Origin: Flavobacteriales bacterium
GTDB lineage: Bacteria > Bacteroidota > Bacteroidia > Palsa-965
Assembly: GCA_040377305.1 (NCBI GenBank)
Contig: JBEIPA010000012.1
Coordinates: forward strand, 100,339 to 164,338
Direction of reading: 5' to 3'
DNA length: 64,000 bases
A program made the position numbers and the translations under genes. Below, piece after piece: positions 30,534 through 39,512 of this stretch. Numbering within the stretch: position 1 is the stretch's first letter; each line of letters begins with the position of its first letter. The notes beneath the pieces were generated by a model that searched no databases, was not told the origin of the DNA, and was given only the letters and a program-made list of their open reading frames with translations.

Positions 30534-31013
30534 TTTTTTCTGTTCCAGATTAATCTCTGTTACGAAATCTCCGCACACAAACCGAAACTTGTTCTGACCC
30601 CAACGATAAGCTGAAACCGTGTGTTCGTTGGTGAATGAGAATTTCGTTTCTCCACCTTTTGCTTTCTTACTGCTCTTTGTCGACATAACAGGAGTGAAAA
30701 TGTGGACAGCAACCATATTGGCGCTGTCCTTGTTTTCATATTGTTCGCTCACGTGAACTTCACCGATCGATGGTTCGTAACCCACGTTCGTTTTCATCGT
30801 GCCCGTAATGGTGTATGAAATCTTCGCAGTCGTGTTGAGTAAGTTGAGATTATTCTCCACGATTTTCACGGTGAAAGACTCAATCTTTATGTTGGGATTT
30901 TTCGTCCACCAACCGAGCTTGTGCACTTCTTTCACTTCGGTCTTAGCTTTCTTCGGGCCAAAACATCCGCAAAAAAAGGAAACAAGAAAAACGGCAACTA
31001 CGAAATATCTCAT
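30531..31013 (-). CDS. Hypothetical lipoprotein of 160 aa, immediately downstream of flotillin.
   Basis: Signal plus lipobox FFCGCFG. Confidence 0.45.
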   Translation of the reverse strand: MRYFVVAVFLVSFFCGCFGPKKAKTEVKEVHKLGWWTKNPNIKIESFTVKIVENNLNLLNTTAKISYTITGTMKTNVGYEPSIGEVHVSEQYENKDSANMVAVHIFTPVMSTKSSKKAKGGETKFSFTNEHTVSAYRWGQNKFRFVCGDFVTEINLEQKK

Positions 31014-31019
31014 GTCAGA

Positions 31020-32981
31020 TTACTTTTTTGTTGGTGGTGGATTGGTTGGAGATTCTGGAGGCTGAGGCATATCCGTCTTCTCGCTACCCATTTTGCGCGT
31101 AACGTCTTCCAGCAATTTCAATCCAAGCAAACCGCTAATTGGTCCGTTTGGTCCACCGGAGTCTCCGTTTCCGCCGGTGATAAGTACTTCAGGAATAATC
31201 TTGATACGATCGCGACCAATAGCTTCAGTAATCTTGAGTTGGGTGAAATTATCTCCGCCCATCGCAGTTACTGCAAGCTTATATGACTCAGCAGATGATT
31301 TACCAATTGCGAGAATTTTTTCCGCTTCGGCATTACCCGTTACGGTGATTTTTTCTGCTTCTGCATTCGCGAGTGCTTTTACTTTTTCTGCTTCTGCGTT
31401 TGCAATAACTTTTGTTTGTTCAGCAACAGCGATCGAAGTTACTTTCACACGTTCTGCTTCCGCATTCGCGCCGATCTTCACACTTGTCGCTTCACCTTCT
31501 GCTTTCTTAACCGCTGCATCCGCAACACGATTAGCAATCAATACGCCCTGGTCTGCTTTTACAATTTCCTTCTGAATGTCTGCAATCGCAGTTTCTTTCT
31601 CGAGTGCCTGACGCGTCATTTCCGCACGCTTCTGCGTTTCGTATGTCGTGTTCTGTTCTTCAGCAATCTTACGATCGGTAAGTGTTTTCATCAGTTCATC
31701 TGGCGGATTGATATCACCAATGAGCGTATCTACACCATTTACGTTGTATTGTTCAAGTACGTGACCGATGTGTTCACGGGCAGATGTCTGGCGTTCTTTA
31801 CGTGATGTTAGGAATGTAATTACATCCGAATCCTGAGCCGAGTTGCGGAAGTAGTTTCCGATTGTTGGCTCGAGTACCTGACTCACAAGGTTATTCATGT
31901 TTCCGAAACGTGCAATTACTTTCGGCGCTTCCGCTGTAGGGATGTGAATGATCTGCGATACATCGAGGTTGAATGAGAAACCATCTCTCGAGCGTACAGT
32001 GATCGTAGAAAGATGCTTATCGAGTTGGTGTGACTCCGAACGTGCAGCTGCCCAGTTGAGGACGAGGTTGGTTGTAGGAACCAATTCTACTTTCATGATG
32101 TATGGATTCACCGGATATTTTCCCGGACCGTAAGGCTCGCCCCACACACCTTTTTCTCCTTTGGAAACGATGTTGCCATGTTTGAATTCCGCACCACTCA
32201 GATCTTTTCCTTCTGTGCCGGTGTAAGAAATGACAACACCAACGTGACCGATAGGAATCTCCGTCATCTTCACCTGTTCAATCTGAATGAACCAAGGGTT
32301 GAGATAATACGAACCAGCGAGTACGACCTGCGGCTGCAAACCTTTGTTGCCACCGTTGCGCAGGAACGCATCTGCATCCTGGAAGTTGTTGTGTCCTTCA
32401 ACCTGTTGACCGGCGATGTTGCCTTCTGAAATCGGTTTACCGTCGAGCGTCGTAACAACACCAACCATGTTTTCGGAGATGGCGGTCATTCCGTAAATCA
32501 ATACATCAAACAAGTGCGTATTGATACGATATGTTCCTGATGTAAGAATGGCAGACTGACGACCTTTTCTTCCACCGTTACGGATAAATGCTTCTGCATT
32601 CTGAAAAGAATCGCTATCGACTTTGCGTGAAAGAATGTTTCCGGTTTCGAGTTCGGCACCATCTTTCGCAACGAACAACCCAATTTTTCCTTCCGGAATA
32701 ATGGTGAATGGTTGTTGTTTGATTTCATATTGCCAAACCCACAGCCAGAAATAAATTCCCGGTGCCAGTGTTTGTGCCTGGAAACCTGCTTCTCCGTTCG
32801 CTGCAATGATTCGTCCGGGAGGCAATTCTTTGTTAGGTCCAAAGAGCACGAATTTTTTGGTGACCAAACCGATTCTGTCTTCAGGAATAATAATGATTCC
32901 CAGAATGCGGAAAATTACTTTGTACAATACAATGCACAACAGAAGGGCAAATGCCCACCAATAATCGAGAAAAAATTGCAT
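31020..32981 (-). CDS. Flotillin family (SPFH/band-7) protein with an internally duplicated N-terminal region.
   Basis: N-terminal TM. The SPFH region carries a C-terminal flotillin-type Ala/Glu repeat tract: ANAEAERVKV..ANAEAEKVKALANAEAEKITVTGNAEAEK. An N-terminal ~55-aa segment is duplicated, ...FQNAEAFIRNGGRKG... versus ...FQDADAFLRNGGNKG.... Confidence 0.7.
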   Translation of the reverse strand: MQFFLDYWWAFALLLCIVLYKVIFRILGIIIIPEDRIGLVTKKFVLFGPNKELPPGRIIAANGEAGFQAQTLAPGIYFWLWVWQYEIKQQPFTIIPEGKIGLFVAKDGAELETGNILSRKVDSDSFQNAEAFIRNGGRKGRQSAILTSGTYRINTHLFDVLIYGMTAISENMVGVVTTLDGKPISEGNIAGQQVEGHNNFQDADAFLRNGGNKGLQPQVVLAGSYYLNPWFIQIEQVKMTEIPIGHVGVVISYTGTEGKDLSGAEFKHGNIVSKGEKGVWGEPYGPGKYPVNPYIMKVELVPTTNLVLNWAAARSESHQLDKHLSTITVRSRDGFSFNLDVSQIIHIPTAEAPKVIARFGNMNNLVSQVLEPTIGNYFRNSAQDSDVITFLTSRKERQTSAREHIGHVLEQYNVNGVDTLIGDINPPDELMKTLTDRKIAEEQNTTYETQKRAEMTRQALEKETAIADIQKEIVKADQGVLIANRVADAAVKKAEGEATSVKIGANAEAERVKVTSIAVAEQTKVIANAEAEKVKALANAEAEKITVTGNAEAEKILAIGKSSAESYKLAVTAMGGDNFTQLKITEAIGRDRIKIIPEVLITGGNGDSGGPNGPISGLLGLKLLEDVTRKMGSEKTDMPQPPESPTNPPPTKK

Positions 32982-33095
32982 CACAGCGTTTGAGGATAGG
33001 GTGAAATCAAATGTAGATAAACGCGAAAGTTGCCAGTGAAAAGGGAGGCTGAATAGTTACTAACACGAAATCGCTTTTGTTAGTAAATAGATGGA

Positions 33096-35066
33096 TTAAA
33101 CGCGAATCCCAATCACCAACACATCATCCGTCTGCTCTATTTCACCCTTCCAGAAGGTGAACGTGTCGTTGAGTGACTTTTCAATGTCGACACAAGACGC
33201 ATCTGCAGAATCAGAGAGGAGATTTTCCAGCGCTTTGTATCGGAATTTTTTCCCTTGTGGGCCGCCGAACTGATCAGCGAAACCATCCGTGTACAGCACA
33301 ATCAGATCACCTTTTTCTAACTGAAATTCACTGGTCATGAATGGCGATCCGGGCAAACCTGATTTACCAACCGGCATTTTGTTGGTGTTGAGTGAAATTG
33401 CCGTCCGATTACGAACAACAAGTGGACGATTGTTCGAAGCGCTGTAACAAAGCGTGTGCGGATTTTCTCTTTCGAAGCGCATGAGTATTCCGTCCATGCC
33501 TTCATTCGTTTGATCATCTGTTAAGCGCTCAGTAAGTCGCATGCGTACAAAATCCAGAATCTCTCCCGGCTCAGTGATTTTCCGATCGCTGATTGCTTCA
33601 TTCATGAATGAGATGTTGAGCAAACTCACAAATGCTCCCGGTACACCGTGGCCCGTACTGTCGCAACAAGCTAAGTACGTGTAGTTGCCATTGGTAGCAG
33701 TGAAATAGAAATCTCCGCTCACAATGTCTTTTGGACGGTAGAAGATGAAACTATCCGGAAACAAATTGTTCCACCGTTCTGTTGTTGGCAAAAGTGCACG
33801 TTGAATACGATCAGCAACAACAATTGAAGATTCGATTTCTTTATTCTTAACTGCGAGCAATTTGTTTTGTGCAGAAATCTGCTGTTCCGATTTTTGTTTG
33901 TTCCTGTAACTCCGAACTGCAATCAGCAACAACAGTAGAAAAAGCGTTCCGATTCCAACACTTGACCACGTGTAGATTTTCTGTCGGCGGATATCTTCGT
34001 CCTGAATCAGTTTCAATCTTTCCTGTTCAGCACGTTCTTGTGCTTGTTGTTCTTCAAAATCTGCTTTGAGTTGCTGGCGTGTTGCAATTTTTACCGCGTC
34101 CTGGTTGCGAAGAATGTCGTCTTGTTCTTTGTAGAGGACGTGCATGCGTAATGCATCTGCTGTCATTCCGGTTGCCGCATATACTTCGTACATAAGAAAA
34201 GCCGCATTTCGGATGCTGGATGGAAACTGAATGTCTACCGCATGTTGTAGTGCCAGTTTGCCGAAATAGATCGCAGAATCAGTGTTGTCCTGCTTTCGTT
34301 GAACAGTTGCAAGGTGGTAAGCAGAAAGTGAAATCGCTTCTGCATCCAGACTTTGTTCAGCAAAACAAAATGCATCCCGGAAGTATAATTGTGCGGTTCG
34401 ATAATCTCTTCGGGTAAAGTAAACTTGCCCGATTCGGCAGGAAGCTTCTGCTTTTCCAGCCCGAGCATCATCCAATGTAAAAAAGTTGAGTGCAGAATTG
34501 AAATGGTTGAGTGCTTGTTCCTGATTGTCGGTTTTCAGTGCGAGATCGCCCAGCAACACGTGGCAGTGCCCGAGAGCATTATTGTCTTCAGTGCTAAGTC
34601 CTTGGTTAAATGATTTTGCTGCGTCTAAAGCGGCTTCGGTTTCTCCGATTTCATTGTAGAGTGTTGCTATATTCAGATAAGCGCTGGAACTGCTTCCTGA
34701 ATCGGCGAACTTCACAAACGCTTCAATACTGCGCTGATAGAGGAGAATGGCATCGTAGTAATTGCCTTTTTTCTGATTGATGAAAGCAGCATTGTTGAGT
34801 AGCGCATTGTAGGATTCGTAGTAGAGAGAATCCATGTTAGTGGTATCAAGCAATGCTACTTCCAATCCAAGTTCAGTATACTTTAATGCACTGTCTGGTG
34901 AGAGGTAATAGAACGCTCTGCCAATGTTAGCGAGGGCTTCCATTTTGCATTGCACAGTCGAACAATCGCTCAACTTCGACTTCAAAGAATCGATCGGATC
35001 ACCCTGTGCGTTTGCATGCAGATTAAGCAATAACAGTATGAAAACCAGAAGCGGGGGGAAACGCAT
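33096..35066 (-). CDS. TPR-repeat, single-TM, PP2C/SpoIIE-family serine/threonine phosphatase.
   Basis: Signal peptide, N-terminal TPR-like repeats, a TM helix WSSVGIGTLFLLLLLIAV, and a C-terminal SpoIIE/PPM domain with GDFYF, CCDSTGHGVPGA and DGFADQ. Confidence 0.8.
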   Translation of the reverse strand: MRFPPLLVFILLLLNLHANAQGDPIDSLKSKLSDCSTVQCKMEALANIGRAFYYLSPDSALKYTELGLEVALLDTTNMDSLYYESYNALLNNAAFINQKKGNYYDAILLYQRSIEAFVKFADSGSSSSAYLNIATLYNEIGETEAALDAAKSFNQGLSTEDNNALGHCHVLLGDLALKTDNQEQALNHFNSALNFFTLDDARAGKAEASCRIGQVYFTRRDYRTAQLYFRDAFCFAEQSLDAEAISLSAYHLATVQRKQDNTDSAIYFGKLALQHAVDIQFPSSIRNAAFLMYEVYAATGMTADALRMHVLYKEQDDILRNQDAVKIATRQQLKADFEEQQAQERAEQERLKLIQDEDIRRQKIYTWSSVGIGTLFLLLLLIAVRSYRNKQKSEQQISAQNKLLAVKNKEIESSIVVADRIQRALLPTTERWNNLFPDSFIFYRPKDIVSGDFYFTATNGNYTYLACCDSTGHGVPGAFVSLLNISFMNEAISDRKITEPGEILDFVRMRLTERLTDDQTNEGMDGILMRFERENPHTLCYSASNNRPLVVRNRTAISLNTNKMPVGKSGLPGSPFMTSEFQLEKGDLIVLYTDGFADQFGGPQGKKFRYKALENLLSDSADASCVDIEKSLNDTFTFWKGEIEQTDDVLVIGIRV

Positions 35067-35133
35067 GCACCAAATTAACGAAAAGTCATACGTATTGATC
35101 AACAAAGCACAGGATTGGAATTATGGGTCCTGC

Positions 35134-36252
35134 TTAATTTGAAGGATATTCCACGAGGATGATATTGCCAGTGGTACCGGCAGTCGAGGTGTTTGACCAA
35201 TGAATTTCAGATATCATTTTCGACTTATAGTGATACGATTCCGCACTTGTATTTGGTTGATCATTTGGGTATCGGTAATCGTATAGTTCGAGTTGTGTTC
35301 TTTCAGCGAGTTTGTTGTTGCTATTATACGTGTACACGGTGTGTGAATATCGCGCGTTATTGTATTGAATATGTTCTTTTAACCGTCCACCTTGATCATA
35401 CACGAGCTCGTCTGAAATGATTGTTGTATAATGGTGAGAGAAGGAGAGTACATTGGTCAGACGGCCCTCGGAATATGAATACTGAATGGAAGCCAGAAGA
35501 AGAACATTGTCATGCACAAGGCGTTGTGTATGCTTATGCTGTTTATTGATTTCGGAGAGAACGCTGTTCCAGTCACGTAAATATGTTTCCAGAGAATCGA
35601 TTGGTGCAGAATTGTACATATACTCTCCGGTCAGACGCTTGTCTTCATCATATTTCATTTGCAAAGTCGTTGTGTCAAATTTCTGGAGACTGTACGAATG
35701 GACGGGTTTCGATTTTACAATCCGGTCCAGTCGTCCGTCAGAATGCCAGGTATAGCTCCAATGCGTCCACACGGTATCGCCATAATGAGTTCGATGCGTA
35801 TAAATGTCTTTTACTTTCCCTTGCTCGTCAAGATGCCAATTTTCCTGCACGAAGTAGTGTCCAACGAAGTTGCAAAAGCTTGCATCGACCATATAATTTC
35901 TTTCAATCAGGGTGTCATTTACACGATAGAAGTTATTACCAGGGTCCGTTTGCTCAGATGGTGGATAGATATCAATTCCAGTTGTCGTTTGGGTTTCGAA
36001 TAAATACGATAGCTGCACTTCGTTGTAACAGAAATGGCGCTTACCATCTTCCGCTTTTAGTTTGTAACTGGAGTCAGGTTCGGGAACACGTCCCATTGCA
36101 ATCTCTAAGGGAAACGTGGGATCTATTGTCTGGTAACTCACTTCTCCATCCAACTTGATCCTGAAGGACACGGGAACAATCACATCCTGAGCAGATCCGG
36201 CTGTTGCTATCACTATAAAAAGAGGAAGAAGCGTGGTGCGTAGGTAATACAT
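35134..36252 (-). CDS. Hypothetical secreted protein with degenerate YD-like repeats, a distant paralog of 20131..21048.
   Basis: At the internal ATG the signal is MYYLRTTLLPLFIVIATAGSAQD. Repeats include YTYNSNNKL, YDQGGRLKEH and YSYSEGRLT. Confidence 0.45.
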   Translation of the reverse strand: MYYLRTTLLPLFIVIATAGSAQDVIVPVSFRIKLDGEVSYQTIDPTFPLEIAMGRVPEPDSSYKLKAEDGKRHFCYNEVQLSYLFETQTTTGIDIYPPSEQTDPGNNFYRVNDTLIERNYMVDASFCNFVGHYFVQENWHLDEQGKVKDIYTHRTHYGDTVWTHWSYTWHSDGRLDRIVKSKPVHSYSLQKFDTTTLQMKYDEDKRLTGEYMYNSAPIDSLETYLRDWNSVLSEINKQHKHTQRLVHDNVLLLASIQYSYSEGRLTNVLSFSHHYTTIISDELVYDQGGRLKEHIQYNNARYSHTVYTYNSNNKLAERTQLELYDYRYPNDQPNTSAESYHYKSKMISEIHWSNTSTAGTTGNIILVEYPSN

Positions 36253-36371
36253 AGTCAATGTTACATCATTACAGATGCTCATTGCATGTGGATTTCATAA
36301 GTGGTCAAAAAAAAGCGACCATTTCTGATCGCTCTTGTTTTTGACTGCCTACTGCCTGACTGCACGACAGC

Positions 36372-37619
36372 CTACTGATGCGCTGCTATCGTCTCTCCCT
36401 GATACTGTCCGGAAGTTAATTTCTCACGAATCTTAGAGAATGCGTCAATAGTATAATTCACGTCTTCAATGGTGTGAACCGCGGTTGGGATCAAGCGAAG
36501 AATGATCTGTCCTTTCGGAATTACCGGGTAAACTACCATTGAACAGAATATGTTATAGTTCTCGCGAAGGTCAAGAATCAGATTGGTAGCTTCCGGAATA
36601 GAACCATTCAGGTAAACAGGTGTTACCGGTGTAGTTGCTGTTCCGATGTTGAAGCCTTGATCCTTCAGTCCTTTCTGAAGTGCGTGAACGATCTTCCAGA
36701 GATTAGCACGCAGGTGCTTTTCAGAATTCAGAAGTTCAAGACGCTTCAGCAATCCGTGAACGAGTGGAAGTGGAAGTGATTTCGCGAAAATCTGTGAACG
36801 CATATTATAACGGAGGTATTCTACAACGTTCTCCGTTGAAGAAATATATCCACCGATCAATGCGAACGATTTTGCGAATGTTCCGAAGTAAATATCAATT
36901 CCGTCCTGACAACCTTGTTCTTCACCGGTTCCGCCTCCAGTTGGTCCCATCGTACCGCAACCGTGTGCATCATCGACGAATAAACGGAAATTGAATTTCT
37001 TTTTCAGTTCAACAATTCCTTTCAGGTTGCCCTGGTTGCCGCTCATTCCGAAAACACCTTCAGTGATCACGAGGATTGCTCCACCGGTAACTTCTGTAAG
37101 TTTTGTTGCCCGTTCCAGTTGCTTCTCCAGGGAAACCATGTCGTTGTGCGGATACACAAAACGCTTGCCCATGTGCAGACGTACACCGTCGATTATACAT
37201 GCGTGCGATTCTGCATCATATACAATTACATCGTGGCGGTCAACGAGACAATCAATTGCAGAGACCATTGCCTGGTAACCGAAGTTGCACAGAATGGTAT
37301 CTTCTTTCTTCACCAGTGCCGATAAACCTGCTTCGAGTTCCTCGTGAATGTTCGAGTTCCCCGACATCATGCGTGCGCCCATTGGAGCGGCGAGACCGTA
37401 TTTTGCTGCACCTTCTACGTCAGCCTTGCGAACTTCCGGGTGGTTAGCCAACCCGAGGTAGTTGTTCAGACTCCAGTTCAGGCGCTCGCGTCCGCGAAAC
37501 ACCATGCGTGGACCTATATCTCCTTCGAGTTTCGGGAATGTAAAATACCCATGCGATTCTTTTGCATGCTGTCCAAGCGGTCCGCGGTTCTCACGGATTT
37601 TATCAAAAAGGTCTTTCAT
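36372..37619 (-). CDS. PLP-dependent alpha-oxoamine synthase family acyltransferase. It could be a BioF, Kbl or serine-palmitoyltransferase-like enzyme.
   Basis: Class-II aminotransferase fold. The PLP-lysine context is GTFAKSFALIGGY and the length is ~415 aa. Sequence alone cannot separate BioF, Kbl and SPT. Confidence 0.75.
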   Translation of the reverse strand: MKDLFDKIRENRGPLGQHAKESHGYFTFPKLEGDIGPRMVFRGRERLNWSLNNYLGLANHPEVRKADVEGAAKYGLAAPMGARMMSGNSNIHEELEAGLSALVKKEDTILCNFGYQAMVSAIDCLVDRHDVIVYDAESHACIIDGVRLHMGKRFVYPHNDMVSLEKQLERATKLTEVTGGAILVITEGVFGMSGNQGNLKGIVELKKKFNFRLFVDDAHGCGTMGPTGGGTGEEQGCQDGIDIYFGTFAKSFALIGGYISSTENVVEYLRYNMRSQIFAKSLPLPLVHGLLKRLELLNSEKHLRANLWKIVHALQKGLKDQGFNIGTATTPVTPVYLNGSIPEATNLILDLRENYNIFCSMVVYPVIPKGQIILRLIPTAVHTIEDVNYTIDAFSKIREKLTSGQYQGETIAAHQ

Positions 37620-37689
37620 AATAGGCTGAGGTGAATGTGAATGAGTGCAAAAATACCAATTTCTACCTTAATTGACGACAGTATTTTAA

Positions 37690-37724
37690 CCACAAAGGCG
37701 CGAAGCCGCAAAGGCACGCAAAGG
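37690..37724. repeat. Left 35-bp inverted-repeat arm flanking the GxxExxY gene.
   Basis: ccacaaaggcgcgaagccgcaaaggcacgcaaagg abuts the gene stop. It is the reverse complement of the arm at 38118..38151 with 1-2 mismatches. Confidence 0.7.
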
Positions 37725-38111
37725 TTAAAGTCCGTTGACAAACCGACGTATACCTTCCTTCATTCTTGGAACATGAAAGTTCAGAATAAAACCGAGTCTT
37801 TTCTCTGAAAGTTTTAAGTAGGAAATCACTTGTGCCTCATAAACAGGGTGCAAATCCGTGACAGCTTTTAACTCAAGTACGATTTCATCTTCAACCAGAA
37901 TATCAATTGCATAACTAGCTTCTAATTCTTTGCCTTTATAAAACAATGGAACATAAACCTGACATCTTGCGTTGATTCCTTGTGATTTTAATTCTTCGAA
38001 GAGACAGTGCTCGTATACACTCTCGAGTAATCCCGGGCCCATGGTTTTGTGAACTTCCATTGCACATGCGATTACTTTATATGATAAATCATTTATTTGT
38101 TGTGAGGTCAT
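37725..38111 (-). CDS. GxxExxY protein, a small PD-(D/E)xK-like family member.
   Basis: MTSQQINDLSYKVIACAMEVHKTMGPGLLESVYE carries the family GxxExxY motif. ~128 aa. The ORF-track start is an upstream alternative codon. Confidence 0.7.
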   Translation of the reverse strand: MTSQQINDLSYKVIACAMEVHKTMGPGLLESVYEHCLFEELKSQGINARCQVYVPLFYKGKELEASYAIDILVEDEIVLELKAVTDLHPVYEAQVISYLKLSEKRLGFILNFHVPRMKEGIRRFVNGL

Positions 38112-38117
38112 AATTTT

Positions 38118-38151
38118 CTTTGCGCGCCTTTGCGGCTTCGCGCCTTTGTAG
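38118..38151. repeat. Right inverted-repeat arm flanking the GxxExxY gene.
   Basis: ctttgcgcgcctttgcggcttcgcgcctttgtag lies 6 nt upstream of the gene ATG. Confidence 0.7.
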
Positions 38152-38175
38152 TTAATTGAAAAATGTTTGATGGAA

Positions 38176-38209
38176 GTAAAAAAGGACCGAAAGCCTAAGC
38201 CCCCGGTCC
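38176..38209 (-). terminator. Rho-independent terminator of ssb
   Basis: On the minus strand, ggaccgggggcttaggctttcggtcc followed by uuuuuuac, ~24 nt after the ssb stop. Confidence 0.6.
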
Positions 38210-38232
38210 TCAACCATGGCATCGGTTATTAT

Positions 38233-38589
38233 TTAAGCTTCCGCTTCTTGTTTTGGTTTTCCACCAAGGAGAAGAATATCAGTAGCCACAATTTCCGTGA
38301 TCCATTTTTTCTCACCTTTTGCATCGGTGTAATCACGGGTGTGAAGTCTTCCGCAGATAGCAACCTGGTTGCCTTTGTGCAGGTATTTCTCTGCAATGTT
38401 TGCGAGACCATCCCAGGCAGTGACGTTCACCCATTCGGTGGATTCGACACGTTTGCCCGCTTCATTCACATACGCCTCGTTTGCTGCGACAGAGAAACGC
38501 GCATTTTTCTTTCCTGATTCGAAGGTTTTGATCTCAGGATTTTTCCCGAGGTGACCGATAATCTGAACTCGATTTGTTAAAGCACTCAT
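38233..38589 (-). CDS. ssb: Single-stranded DNA-binding protein (short form without a canonical acidic tail).
   Basis: MSALTNRVQIIGHLGKNPEIKTFESGKKNARFSVA...WVNVTAWDGLAN gives an OB-fold SSB signature. ~118 aa. Confidence 0.75.
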   Translation of the reverse strand: MSALTNRVQIIGHLGKNPEIKTFESGKKNARFSVAANEAYVNEAGKRVESTEWVNVTAWDGLANIAEKYLHKGNQVAICGRLHTRDYTDAKGEKKWITEIVATDILLLGGKPKQEAEA

Positions 38590-38665
38590 AGTTAAACTGG
38601 ATTTGAAAAAATTAAACAATTGAAAAATTAACTGGTAAAAAAACTGATATACGTAATTGGTATTC

Positions 38666-39034
38666 TTATGCTGCATTCATCTGCGGGGCTTTACCCGAAT
38701 CGAGGAGCACGATATTGCTCGCTACGATTACTTCCTTAGTTCTGATTTTTCCCTTGCGGGTTTTGAATTCCTGTGTGACTACATTGCCAATGAGCAATAT
38801 TTTCTTGCCCTTGTGCAGGTGGCGTCCCGCACTGTCTGCAAGTTTATCCCACGATACAACGCGGAACCATTTTGTGGATGGTTGAAATTGCGGCTTCGGA
38901 TCACACGCATCGTTCGGTGTAACATTCATCGCGAAAAAATTCGCCATGCGCTTTCCGTTGCCAGCGGTCTTGACCACAGGCTGCGTTCCTAAACACACAT
39001 ACATTTTCACGTGATTGTTCTTCGGAGTTTTCAT
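38666..39034 (-). CDS. SSB-like OB-fold protein, second tandem paralog.
   Basis: VCLGTQPVVKTAGNGKRMANFFA...WFRVVSWDKLADSAGRHLHKGKKILLIGNV follows the same SSB pattern. 122 aa. Confidence 0.55.
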   Translation of the reverse strand: MKTPKNNHVKMYVCLGTQPVVKTAGNGKRMANFFAMNVTPNDACDPKPQFQPSTKWFRVVSWDKLADSAGRHLHKGKKILLIGNVVTQEFKTRKGKIRTKEVIVASNIVLLDSGKAPQMNAA

Positions 39035-39512
39035 AAGTACATTTTGATTTTAAAGATTAAACTGTTGTTGATTTCGATATTGACTTGACGTCGCTTGCAT
39101 ATATAGACTTCCATAGCAGACTGCCTACTGCACTACTGCATGACAGCCTACTGGAAGAGATTTTTCAAAGAACACCGCAAAGGTTAAACACGCATTCCGA
39201 ATTAGTCGGGAGTTAAACGTTTGTAGTCGACTGTAAGTATTTGTAAACGTTTGTAAACGGATATAGTATTGAAAAACAACTATATATGATGGCAGTGTAT
39301 ATTCTGTCGATCGAGCGATTTTAGCCGATTGAAGGCGATTTTCAAGCTTCGACGTTCAGCAATCGGGCGAAAAAACGAGTAGGATGTCGGTCAATATCTG
39401 CCTTGCATTCAGGTTAGCGAAGAATAGTTACAGGTTATCCAATGGTGCTGTCCGAATGCAGAAGTCATGATTCAGTTTGGTTATATTTGATCAGAACAAA
39501 GCACGAAGAACT

